From Schmidtea polychroa (taxonomy: Eukaryota): 64,000 bases of DNA. The stretch spans positions 43,152,001 to 43,216,000 of the forward strand of contig CM097885.1 in NCBI GenBank assembly GCA_044892525.1, in the 5' to 3' direction. Both the position numbers and the translations under genes were made by a program. Under the pieces are notes generated by a model. The model was not told where the DNA came from and made no database searches. It worked only from the letters and a program-made list of their open reading frames with translations. Below, one piece after another: positions 1 through 10,844 of this stretch (position 1 is its first letter; each line of letters opens with the position of its first letter).

Positions 1-640
1 TTTCTTCATTGATTTTATCTGCTATGTCTGCTAGCGTTTCTACGTCCGAATTGCTACTGGCTGCGAGGATACGTCTTATTTCGGGCGGCATTGCTCGCAT
101 GAAAAATTCTTTTACTAATTCGTTTGATCCCGAATTAGTGATGTTTGGTTGGAGGTACTCCAATTTTTGTTTTAGTTGGCGAAGGAAATCTGTTGGTTTA
201 TTGTCGCCAAGTTGTGTGTTGTTGAGACATGATTCCAGCATTTGCCTCCTGTTGATTTTGTTTTTGTTTGTTAGGACGTTGCAAAGCTTGTTGAACGGTT
301 CTTCGCTCTTTGAAATTTCCTCAATTTGGTCAGCTATTTCGTTCAATTTGCTACTTGGGAGTGCAGCGATAATGTTTGAACATAGCGTTTTCGTTGACTT
401 TATTCCCGATAGGGTTAGGGTTAATTTAGCAAATTCAAGCCATTTTTGGGGTGTCCCATTTTCGTCACTAAAGTAGTTTGGGATGTTTGTTCTTGGGTTA
501 ATTACTGAGTTTATGGTGTGTGTATTATCTGTGCTAGTGTTTGGGTTATAGTAGTAATTCGTATTTTCCATCATGTGTGTGTTTTCAGTATTATTGGGGG
601 GTTGTGAAATGTTTGTTGGATTTGTTTGGTTTGATGCCAT
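1..640 (-). CDS. Gypsy Gag-like protein, partial (no stop in window, so absent from ORF track)
   Basis: Manual translation from ATG 640: MASNQTNP...PQKWLEFAKLTLTLSGI...QLGDNKPTDFLRQLKQKL...LVKEFFMRAMPPEIRRILAASSNSDVETLADIADKI, matching the LGDRKPS..LR.M / LF..RLP..VR.ILA pattern of Gypsy gag. Confidence 0.75.
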   Translation of the reverse strand, partial: MASNQTNPTNISQPPNNTENTHMMENTNYYYNPNTSTDNTHTINSVINPRTNIPNYFSDENGTPQKWLEFAKLTLTLSGIKSTKTLCSNIIAALPSSKLNEIADQIEEISKSEEPFNKLCNVLTNKNKINRRQMLESCLNNTQLGDNKPTDFLRQLKQKLEYLQPNITNSGSNELVKEFFMRAMPPEIRRILAASSNSDVETLADIADKINEE

Positions 641-825
641 TAATTGGTTTGTTGATGTTTTTTTATTGCTTGTTGTGTTACAAAAAATGAGATTGTTCAA
701 GGATATGGCTTACTGTGTTCAGCCAAAAGAGTCACTATCCTTTATACTTCTATAATAAGTATGCTGAAAGGCGTAGTGATTGAAAAAAATCGTCGAATGC
801 GAGTGTCGTGTTGTGTATATTTTTT

Positions 826-837
826 CTTCTGACACCA
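826..837 (-). promoter_or_regulatory. Primer-binding site (TGGTGTCAGAAG, tRNA-Leu-type)
   Basis: TGG-initial 12-mer right after LTR end; tRNA identity from recall. Confidence 0.65.
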
Positions 838-839
838 GT

Positions 840-1057
840 TGTTATGTTAGGAGGTTCCTATTATATTTGTGTGATAATATTATTTAGTTGTTAAGTTAAT
901 GTTGTCTTATGCGTGTAATGAGAAATTTGATGAGCCCGAAAGAGTCACCGATAAAAACTTGTAGCGGGACAATCGGGGTGCGTGTTATGTTCAAAATATA
1001 AGATTTACAAACAATATAAAGTTATAGATATAATGTAAAACAATAATAAATGTTACA
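840..1057 (-). repeat. Putative 5' LTR (~218 bp)
   Basis: TGT...ACA termini, 2 nt before PBS; partner LTR not in window. Confidence 0.6.
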
Positions 1058-1398
1058 ACTTTTAAAATTTATTACAACAAAGAAATAAAACCTCGTATCT
1101 ATCTTGGATGTTCTTGAAATATACTTCCAAATATTTTCTTTGATTTTCTTTCTGTACAATAAACTCTACTTAAAAGTCTTTGGTAAAGAAATGAATTTTC
1201 TGTTCTCAAAACTAATACAAATTATCGTTTCCATATTCTATTCGTCATTGATTTTTTTATTTTCAATTTTTTTTACTATAGCGATAATTTACTATAGTAA
1301 ATTATCGCTATATAGTTTATTTTTAAAAATCTGGATTTCCCAGATGGTAATATTTTATATTTTAGTATACACAATTCCTAATTGTGAATACTAAAATA

Positions 1399-2676
1399 TT
1401 AACAAAAATAACTGTACATTACAAGTACATTAAAAATATTCTCGCCAGTAGCTCGACCTTCAAGTGGGAAACAAATCAATAAGTCTTCATAAAAAGTATC
1501 TTCAAATGAATAACGCACGTATGCTAAAAGTTGACCAAAATTGCAAACGTCTGTAGTTTCATCAATCTGAATAGCGAGTTTCGTGATTTTTATTCGTTCA
1601 ATTAATTGCTCAAATTGATTTGTTTTAATTTCCGTAATTCTGTTTTTCACAGTATCGTTTGATAGTGGAATGCAAGTCAATTCTTCTGCTAACCTTTTGC
1701 CATGAATAATTTCAGAAATTTTACATGCGATTGGCAAAACGAGTTCCTCACCTACCGTAAAAGGTTTTTTAGTTTTGGCAATAAGATAACTTACTTCATA
1801 AGAAGCTCTGAGAACTTTTTCATTTAATTTTTAAGTGGCCTTTAAAAATACTTTGTCTTTGTGTAAGTTCTTTTAATTTCCTTTGAAAAACTTCAACAGA
1901 TTTATCACAAAGCTCTGGGTGAATCTTTTCCAAATGTTTTTTCAATTTGATCGGTTTAAAACTCTCGTTTTTCAAAGTTTCATTACAAATCAAACACAGT
2001 GGTCTTACTTCTCCGTTGGTATTACTATTGCTGAATGTAAATCCAAAATTTTAAAAATTTTCATCGTTTTTCTTTTTTCTTGTTGTTGATTTATTTTTAG
2101 AATCCTTGTTTTTGTCGTGTGTTTCCTTATTACTGGCTCTGGGTTGAATTAGCCACCTCTTCATAGTAATTTCTAAAACTTTATATTAATAAGTTAAATT
2201 GAATTTCTTATTTTTGATTGCCTGCAAACGTATCACCAGCACATAAAAATTAGCAAATATCTATAATAAATTTTTGACAATTATTAATGTCAAAATGATT
2301 GATTTTGGATTCAATAAATAATAAATGTCATTAGAAAACGTATATCGGCAGCCATATATGTATAAATTACATAAAATTACTAAACGGAAAACTACCCAAA
2401 TGTATATAAATATAAAAGAAAACGATCCGACTACATAATTGTTTTGTGGATTGTGGAATTTCAATTTTCTATTGTGAAAACATTAGAAAATTTAAAAAAT
2501 CATCTAATTCTAAACCTTGAAAAAATAATTCAAAAACCTTGCAAAGTTTGTTTATTTAATACTTATATATAGATAGAAATTATAGCGTGTTGTTTTAAAT
2601 TGGAAATTTTTCGCGACCCCATTAAAAAATCTAACGACCCCAGTTGGGGTCGCGACCCCCAGGTTAAGAACCGCTG
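1399..2676 (-). mobile_element. hAT Buster/Charlie (ZBED5/SCAND3-like) 5' part with broken transposase
   Basis: ORF 1399-1737 has IPLSNDTV..RI, LAIQIDETTDV..QLLAYVRY; frame extends with stops to ~2150; terminus CAGCGGTTCTTAACCTGGGGGTCGCGACCCC at 2676. Confidence 0.85.
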
Positions 2677-4695
2677 ATCTATTTTATTGTTAGATTATTG
2701 TCATGTCTTCATTTAACTGTGGTCCACATTACTAGGCGTTTTCAAGTGTTATCTTCCAAAATTTTGCGCAGGGATCCGCCCTTATTTTTCTGTTGATGAA
2801 TGTTACTCTGTGTTTCCTGCAATATTTGTGAATTTTTAACTTATCTTTCAAAATATTTGAGCAGGGATCTGTCTGTATTTCTAGTTCTAACATATGTTTG
2901 ACCAAAGTTATTTCCAGCGACGGACCCGTGGAGAAGCCTCCACATATGGCCCAAAATCAGCTGAGTGATTGAAAAACCGCCTACCCTCCAGCTTGCGCAT
3001 CCCGAAGGTACCCCAAGCTATGGTATACTGAATTTCTACTCCACTGTACCTACTTTTCATAATTAATAAACATAAAAATTTAAACCCAATACAAATTATT
3101 ATTCAAAACTTAAAAACTAAATGAAAATTAACCAATTAAAAAGAACGGAAAAAATTAATTTAAACTAATTGAATACAAAGATTTATTAGCTCAAAACATT
3201 AAATAAAAATGACACATTAAAATAAAATTACCAAATCCAATACCACGACCTTCAATGTAATGTTACACTAATATAGCAAGTTGTGGTTTTGAAAAAAACT
3301 AGTTCTCTAACTGAATTTTCAATCAGTATTTATACTGATTTTGATTGTGCATCCATGTATTCTCTGCTACTATATCCAATCAGAATGCAGTAAAATTGGA
3401 ATTACATCTGCCTGCATGCATGAGTGAATGTAATTATTTATTTTTAATTTAATTGATTTAATTAATTAATTAATTTAATTTTATAAATTTTTAATTTAAA
3501 TAATTTTAGCTAATTTTATTATAATTTTCATTAATTTTCATTTTAACCATTTAATTCTATAAACTTTATAGTTTACATGATGTTAGCTAATTTTATTATA
3601 ATTTTTCTTATTTTTAACAATTTAATTTTTTAGTTTAAATAATTTTCAACTAATTTTATTTTACATTTTATTATTTTTTTCCATAGAAATTTTTAGTTTC
3701 AATTTTTAAATTTATCTATCGCTTTATTTTATTTCCTTTAATTTTTAAATAAATTTTCCTGTTCTTTTTCTTCAAGCATGTACTGCTTCTCACAGCTCCT
3801 TCATTTGTAAACACGAGCCGTAACATCCCTATTAAATTCGATTATGATCTTTCGTATGTAAATACGACCAATAATCTTTATTAAAATTTCTTTTCATATT
3901 CTTAAATTATTTTATTATCAATTATTATTTTATTTTCTAGTGGGCAGATTTTCAGAATGCGTTATTTTTCTTAACTGTGACGTTGATTGCAACTTATTGA
4001 GTGCCTTATCATAAATTTTAATTCAACTTGATGCGATTTTTAGGCTATGTATTTCCAATTCATTAAAACAAACTCTCAATTTTGAATTCCAGCCCAACAC
4101 TATGTATATACTTAATTTACTTTTATCAATTATGTATTGAGTATTTTATTTTATTTTACTCTATTTTATTCGGATACAATAAAATTTAACAAAAGGGTAA
4201 ATTATTAATTTTATCTTAAACAGTTTAATTAAAAAAATAAAACCATAAAAAACATTCTAGGCAATCAAAATAAATTATTAAAAAAACACGTGAACATCTG
4301 CTTATAAAGCAACAGCTCCTATAAGTGAAAAAATAAATAATATTATATAAGTATGTAGATAAACATCTGTTAAAATATATTAAATATAATGTTATTATTC
4401 CGTGCGTACAGGCTGAAAATAAAATTATTTATTTATTAAATTTTAAAATAGTATAAATACCCCAGTAAAAATCAGTCCGATCGCCCAAAAATTTGCGTTT
4501 TACAAACTATTCAGAGGTAAAAATCGGCGAATAACTTAAAACCAAGAGCAGACAAAAACGCTCTACATATTTCGAAAATTGCAGTAACTAAAACATAACA
4601 CGCACAATATAACAGTCTAACAAAAACATATAAGCACAAGCATCGAATTTTTTTAAATATATTATTTGACTAAATATATTAAGTTTTTGTAAATA

Positions 4696-4703
4696 CGGAA
4701 GTG
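4696..4703 (+). promoter_or_regulatory. ETS-type motif CGGAAGTG, possible hnRNP L-like promoter
   Basis: Single motif ~1.1 kb upstream of CDS; acceptor TTTTAG 3 nt before the ATG implies an upstream non-coding exon. Confidence 0.25.
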
Positions 4704-5775
4704 AAGGTGTTGATTCAACAAATTAGATCAGTGATCGGATAACAATAAGCACTATTAGTTGAAAAAAATAATAAAAATGTTCGGTTGCGTTTGGTTCCAA
4801 GTCAATTTGTATGTTCCAACGCTGTAAGTTTCATTGATCCAAGTAAAATGGCACTGGTCTCAATCATAAGTCATAGTAGTTAGCACATTCATACCCGTGC
4901 TTTCTGATTTTCCGTTTGTGCCGTCATGTGCATTGTTTATGTAACTAAATTATTTATTTTTCAAGAAATTTTCTTTTATTTTTTTAATTTTTAGCGTTGC
5001 CAGTGATGGATATTAAATATTTAATGTATAATTTGATTTTTATTATTTATTTTTATGATTTATAAACTTAATCGTTATTCAAGCTCTTTACGAAAATTAG
5101 TATAATATTTTAAATATTTTTATCTAATTTCAGTTATTTCTAATCGTTAATATGATTTTTCGAATCTGCTTGGTTTATTGGGTAGTTTTGCTGTATTTGC
5201 ATATATTTTTGCTTTACTTTATGTAAATAGTAATAATTTATTTTTTCTTCATTATTATTTATTTGAATTGTTTTTTACTTTATTTATTCACTTTTATTTG
5301 GTTTGTTGTGTTTTTAATTTTATTCAACTTGTTGCTTGTTTTCAATAATGTGTTTCCAATATGAAAAGGCAATTGATCCCAGAATGATTTTGGCTAAATA
5401 CTTATTTCGAAATCTGATCACTTTAGTCACCTTAATTATTTCATTTAATTTTTTATGAAATATTCTCAAAAAAATTGTTAATTTATTTTTAATTTAATCA
5501 AATTCGCTTCTAAATAAATGTTCATTATAGTAATAAGAAAATAATTTTATTGATTTTGTTTAAATAATAACTATTTATTTATTCCTATTTAAAGTCGCCA
5601 TTTATAGTTTTATAAACAATTTATTTATTTTGAAATTTTCAAGATATCCATAGTTTTTTCAAGTAAATACGTAAAGCTATAATAATTTATTATTAATCTT
5701 ATATAAAATTATACTGTTTTTTAATTTTTGAAAAGTAAAATTTTTAATATTAAATTTTAATTAATATTTTAGGAA

Positions 5776-7431
5776 ATGTTAGATAATTCAAGTAAGACCA
5801 CGGCTAAAACAACAAATGAAAAGTTCTTAAATTTAAAGTCTGAAAAGCCCGGTAAAGCATTATTAGTAACCGATCTAAGCAAGACTTCTACTGAAGCTGA
5901 AATTAAAGCAGCTTTCAATGCTCATGGAACTGTTGACAGAATTTTAATGTTAAATAATAATGCAAGTGCACTGGTGGAATTCACAAATAATAAAACTCTA
6001 AGAGAATTAGTTTATGATTCAAAAATATCTCCATACAAAATTGGATATCATGAAGTAAAATTATCTTTTAGTCAGCTAACTATTGATGAATACAAATCTA
6101 TTTCAAAGCCTAATTTTGGCAGAAATATAACAAAAGTTCTACATTTTCTTATAACAAATGCAGTTTATTCAATGACCGTTGATGTACTTAATAAAATTTG
6201 TACTCCATACGGGAAAGTAGTTCGAATATATATCGGTAAAAAAAACGAACAGGAAAACAGTATAGAAGCTTTAGTTGAATTTTCAACGGATAATGATGCG
6301 AAGATAGTTAAGGATAATCTTGATGGAAATGATATTTATTCTGGTTGTTGTTCACTTAAGCTGTCATATTCCAAAATTCACAAAATTTATGTTGAAAAGA
6401 ATGATACCGAATCCTTTGACTATACAATTGTTCCTAAAACTGGTCTACTTGGCCCACCTCCAGATCCCCAACCAATAATGAATAATAATTACCCATCCTA
6501 TATACCTCCTATGCCGATTCCTTATTCAATACCTCCAATGTTTTCTCCCCCGCCACTCTATTCGCTACCTTACCCAATCCCACCACCCTTTCCCTATAAT
6601 CACAATCCGTTATCGATTTTAGATAAAAAGAAAACCAACACCTGTTTCCATTATAAATCTGATTCAACAATACAGGAAACCGTTGAAGGAGTGGTTTTAT
6701 TTTGCGCTAATTTAAGCTCTAAAATCCAACCGGATAATTTATTTAATTTGTTTTGCCTATATGGAAATGTTGAGAAAATAAAAATGGGACCGGAAACCGG
6801 ACTGAAATCTGCATTTGTTCAAATGTCCAATCGGGAGGCAGCAGAATTTTGTTTGATGGTGAATGGCTATGAAATTTTCGGTAAGCCTGTGGAAATATCG
6901 ATCAGTAAATTTCCCGACATAACCGACACAATTCCCAACAAAGATCCCGTCCAATCGTTCTACAGTGATTTCTATAATCGATTTAAATCTAATTTCAGCT
7001 CGAAAACGAAAGTGTTCTATCCGAGTCAAACTTTGCACTTTTTCAATGTACCGTCGACATTCACAGCGGAAGAAATTGCCGATGTGTTCATTTCAGCAAA
7101 AGTCAAAGATCCGTCACAAGTCGTGATTTTCCCGAGGAAAAATACCAGCCAACGAGGCTCCCTGGTTACCGGGCTGATCGAATTCGACTCGGTGTCGGAG
7201 GCAATTGAAGGCATTGTCATGGTCAATCATACTCGGCTTTTACTGCCGCAAGTCAGCCACCCGTTTCACATTAAATTATCCTTCAGTCCTGCCAGAATAT
7301 CCGAGCAACACATCCTCAGATCGACTGGGGAAACCATCCAATTGGATGGTGAGAAACCAATGAAACGGCTGAATGATGCAGTCGATAAAATCCCCGGAGA
7401 ATCCGATTGTAAAAATCCTAGATCGAATTGA
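5776..7431 (+). CDS. HNRNPL: hnRNP L / LL-like four-RRM RNA-binding protein, 551 aa, intronless CDS
   Basis: RRM2 VLHFLITNAVYSMTVDVL...LDGNDIYSGCCSLKLSYSK, Pro-rich linker, RRM3 DNLFNLFCLYGNVEKIK, RRM4 PSQTLHFFNVP...FHIKLSFS. Confidence 0.88.
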   Translation: MLDNSSKTTAKTTNEKFLNLKSEKPGKALLVTDLSKTSTEAEIKAAFNAHGTVDRILMLNNNASALVEFTNNKTLRELVYDSKISPYKIGYHEVKLSFSQLTIDEYKSISKPNFGRNITKVLHFLITNAVYSMTVDVLNKICTPYGKVVRIYIGKKNEQENSIEALVEFSTDNDAKIVKDNLDGNDIYSGCCSLKLSYSKIHKIYVEKNDTESFDYTIVPKTGLLGPPPDPQPIMNNNYPSYIPPMPIPYSIPPMFSPPPLYSLPYPIPPPFPYNHNPLSILDKKKTNTCFHYKSDSTIQETVEGVVLFCANLSSKIQPDNLFNLFCLYGNVEKIKMGPETGLKSAFVQMSNREAAEFCLMVNGYEIFGKPVEISISKFPDITDTIPNKDPVQSFYSDFYNRFKSNFSSKTKVFYPSQTLHFFNVPSTFTAEEIADVFISAKVKDPSQVVIFPRKNTSQRGSLVTGLIEFDSVSEAIEGIVMVNHTRLLLPQVSHPFHIKLSFSPARISEQHILRSTGETIQLDGEKPMKRLNDAVDKIPGESDCKNPRSN

Positions 7432-8387
7432 AAAATTAAAATTTCTTTTGTACAAAGTCAAATAGATTTTTATTTTTGTTTTATTTTTTAAAGAATTATT
7501 TTGAAAATATTGATTAATGAAAATTGGAAAAATTTTGATATTGATTTTGGGAATTTTATCGTGTAATTGTGAAATTGTGAAATTTCCTGTCAATTACGGC
7601 TGGTATACGTAGAAAATTAATTTAAAAATGATGAAAAAATATTGATTATTTTATCTCCTAACACAAGGGTGGGAACCTGCGCCCTCGGGAGCCTTATCGA
7701 AATAAATCTTAATTTATATAAGAAACCATAAATTTTGAGAATTTACAAATAAAGATACTTGTAACTTCTGAACTGTATATATACATCACTGTACAAGAAT
7801 CCCGCTGACTACAAAGAACGAAATATAAAAGTCAATCATTCACACCCATTATTACAAAACGTATATAAATAAGATTGTTGGGCTAAAATTTTGAAGTGGA
7901 AAAACTGGATCAAATAGAAAAGCGAACCTCGAAAAATAAATGAAATAAGATAAAAAATAAATTACCATCAAATCTCAGTAGTAAGTAGGAAGAAACAATA
8001 AAATACCAATAAAAGAATAGGAATAAGCAACCAAAATAAATAAAACCCCTTAGATGTGGAAATAAAACAAAAAGGAAATGATTTACGACACACAGCGAAT
8101 AAAGTAGAAATAGAATAAGCAAAAAAGTGAGAAAAATAAACGAGAAATAAATAAAAACAAAACCATCTTTAAGTCTAATTAAAACAAAAAATTATACTAC
8201 AATAAAGTAACAATAAATCCGCAGGAAAAATAGGAGAAAAAAATAATAAAATAATAATAAGAAATAAGTTAAGTTATTAAAATCTAATATATTATAATAA
8301 AAACATAAAAATAATAATAAATAACGAAATTACAAACAAGTCGTGTCCTGATTTGACTAAAAATAATATATAAGGAACGGAAAATAT

Positions 8388-8497
8388 CTGTAGAGTACCA
8401 CTTTTCAAAATACTCTACAGGTAAAAAATCCATTCATTATAACCACTTTTCAAAATACTCTACAGGTAAAAATTCATTCATTCAAAATACTCTACAG
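8388..8497. repeat. 45-bp tandem duplication plus partial third copy and an inverted 10-mer
   Basis: ACCACTTTTCAAAATACTCTACAGG at 8397 and 8442; TTCAAAATACTCTACAG at 8481; CTGTAGAGTA at 8388. Confidence 0.8.
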
Positions 8498-9389
8498 ATT
8501 ACGGAACCTTTAACCACAGTGCACTAACTCAGAGATTTCAAAACTAAATCTAGGAAGGAATACTTAGCGACTAACGACAAATTTATTCAAGACAAGTTCT
8601 AAGTTCAATTTGATCCAGTTTTCAAAGCTTGAAGTATGTTGATTTATTTATGTTTATTGGTTTAATTTAGTTAATGGTTGAAAATAAAAACGAACTCATT
8701 TCTTGCAATAAATTTATTTAAATGAAAACAGCCTTTTCTTCATGGTCCCGGCGACTGTACCATCTGGGAGCTCCAAGTGTGATGTGGACGAGCAGGAGGT
8801 ATACCACAGTGAAGAGCAATACCATGAGGAGTTTGTCATTATATGCATCCAGAGGATGTCGACAAGACATTCGATACTTGGAGAAAATGATAATGGTTGT
8901 ACGAGATGTTCGCCCAGGTCATGACAAATGTGTGATTGTATGGACAAGATGACATCATACTTGGAGTCCAAATGATAGAGTCGCCGGGTAAGATTTGATT
9001 TATTCATTTGCTCATTATTTATTATTTTATTATCATAAAGTGTGCACGAATTATTGATTTTATGAGAATGAGTCGAATGGTCCCTCATGACGGTGCAAGA
9101 ACGGCGGCAGAAATGAATGCCTTCTTGGGTGTGTCATGAGGGGTGAGGAGACTCAGCAGGTTGAAATCCAATTGTGGAGTGAGATTCCTTTCACCGAGCG
9201 CGATCATTCATAGAGTATCTTCGTTTTTCATGCAGTTCCACCAAGATTTCTATTAGATGAAAAGATAATATAAATTCCTAAAAATGAGGACATTTCAGAT
9301 TGAGATCAATATTTCTTTACCATCGAAAGATTTCTTTCCGTCGAGCACCGGCAGTTATCTGAGTTGAGACGAGTGTTAATATATTAGAG

Positions 9390-9637
9390 TTTTCCCGAAA
9401 TAGAGCGCATTAAGGAGCATCATCGCGGCATCGTCGGTAGAGGATTTAGAATCCAGATTGATTTCTTCTTATACATCGTAAACGAATCGTCGGACATCAA
9501 TTTTACTTAGGTCATTTCGCTCGAAAAATTAACGAGATTTCCTGCTAGTTATTTCAAATTGAATTCTGAGGATGCACACTGCCAGGGCGTTTGCGAATAG
9601 ATCCATTTGTTGACTTTAATCAACTCTAGTTCGACGT
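9390..9637 (+). repeat. 248-bp direct repeat, copy 1
   Basis: TTTTCCCGAAATAG...TAGTTCGACGT, same as 10597-10844 by eye. Confidence 0.95.
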
Positions 9638-10200
9638 AAAAAAAAAAAAAAAAAAATCAAATTTTATTTTAATAAATTCCAAATGGCCATAAGGCCGAAG
9701 GGGGGAACTTCCCGCCACTTAATTTTTCTTTTTTCTTAATCCTTCAAATCTTCTATTGCTAGAGTTGAAAACTCCCGCAATTGGACGTTGGTTGTTGTTC
9801 TCCGGTAAGCATCATACGGGCAAGAGAAGCTAACCATGGCCAAGCACAATCACGCTCGGCCATGGCCCGCATATCAACACCGGACATTCATTCGTAGGTT
9901 AGGAGAGGCTTTCTTGTTTTCACAATCTCAGTCTCTGTCTGATGAGTTAATTATCTGCCAGAGCCTAGTAGTCCGAGCAGATTCTGTTGTTTAGGAGAGG
10001 CTTTCCCGTCTTAGCAGTCACAGCCTCTGTCTGGTGAGTTTAGTTCTGATATCATTCGGCTAGATCCAGGTGTAGTCTGGTTCATCCGCTTTCGCATATG
10101 TTGAACTAGCATATTGAAGAAGTCCAAGCTGGTTGGGGTTAGGAGAGGCTTTCAGGTATAGCTGTTCCTCTGTCTGATAAGTTAGATGCTGTTTTGTTTT
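9638..10200 (-). mobile_element. 3' fragment of a non-LTR element: degraded, triplicated CCHC-like segment and AATAAAATTTGA-(T)n tail
   Basis: Minus NSSDRD*DCENKKASPN..NECP resembles C-x-C-x8-H-x4-C; three diverged TTAGGAGAGGCTTTC...CTCTGTCTGATGAG units. Confidence 0.45.
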
Positions 10201-10250
10201 CTAGAGGTTAGTTAATTTTTTCGGAGTAGAAAGACTCCATTTGCGATTGT

Positions 10251-10446
10251 TGTAGCGTTAATATGGATACAATATTATAATATATACAAAATGTGGCAGT
10301 TATGAAGGAACGATTATAGTATTGATATGAACGCAAAATGGTACTACCAGTTAGGCGGAGTCTTTACAAAGACTCCTACAGGTACCAAACTGATAGTACC
10401 TTTACCATATTGCTAAATGGGCGGGACTCCTACAAGAGTCCCTACA
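10251..10446. repeat. Solo-LTR-like segment TGTAG...CTACA with palindromic hairpins
   Basis: 5-bp terminal inverted repeat; hairpins at 10357-10376 and 10423-10442; no TSD found. Confidence 0.35.
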
Positions 10447-10596
10447 TTAACCCTTTCAGCAATAACTAGAAGTACTATATACATATATTTATCAATATAA
10501 CGAGATTTATATATTATATTATTAAGATGTATATTTATGTTTATTAGTTTATTTATTTTATTTATAATAGTTTAAGTAACTTAGTTTATTTATTTA

Positions 10597-10844
10597 TTTT
10601 CCCGAAATAGAGCGCATTAAGGAGCATCATCGCGGCATCGTCGGTAGAGGATTTAGAATCCAGATTGATTTCTTCTTATACATCGTAAACGAATCGTCGG
10701 ACATCAATTTTACTTAGGTCATTTCGCTCGAAAAATTAACGAGATTTCCTGCTAGTTATTTCAAATTGAATTCTGAGGATGCACACTGCCAGGGCGTTTG
10801 CGAATAGATCCATTTGTTGACTTTAATCAACTCTAGTTCGACGT
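10597..10844 (+). repeat. 248-bp direct repeat, copy 2
   Basis: Same as 9390-9637 by eye. Confidence 0.95.

Larger units (their letters stand above)
1..1057 (-). mobile_element. 5' part of a Ty3/Gypsy LTR retrotransposon (LTR, PBS, gag), runs off window start
   Basis: Minus strand: LTR-like TGTAACA...ATAACA (1057-840), then TGGTGTCAGAAG (837-826), then open gag-like frame. Confidence 0.75.

Noticed and set aside
9-476. 155-aa plus-strand ORF
   Set aside because: Antisense shadow of the minus-strand gag frame
6757-7593. Three minus-strand ORFs over the hnRNP L-like 3' half
   Set aside because: No recognisable motifs; expected from stop-poor antisense of GC-richer coding DNA
9395-9440. MMLLNALYFGK resembling the serpin NAIYFKG motif
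   Set aside because: Isolated short match within a LINE linker region; no other serpin features
9935-9960. CTGATGAG after a hairpin as a hammerhead
   Set aside because: No GAAA or stem II/III on the same strand; the other two repeat copies have mutated cores
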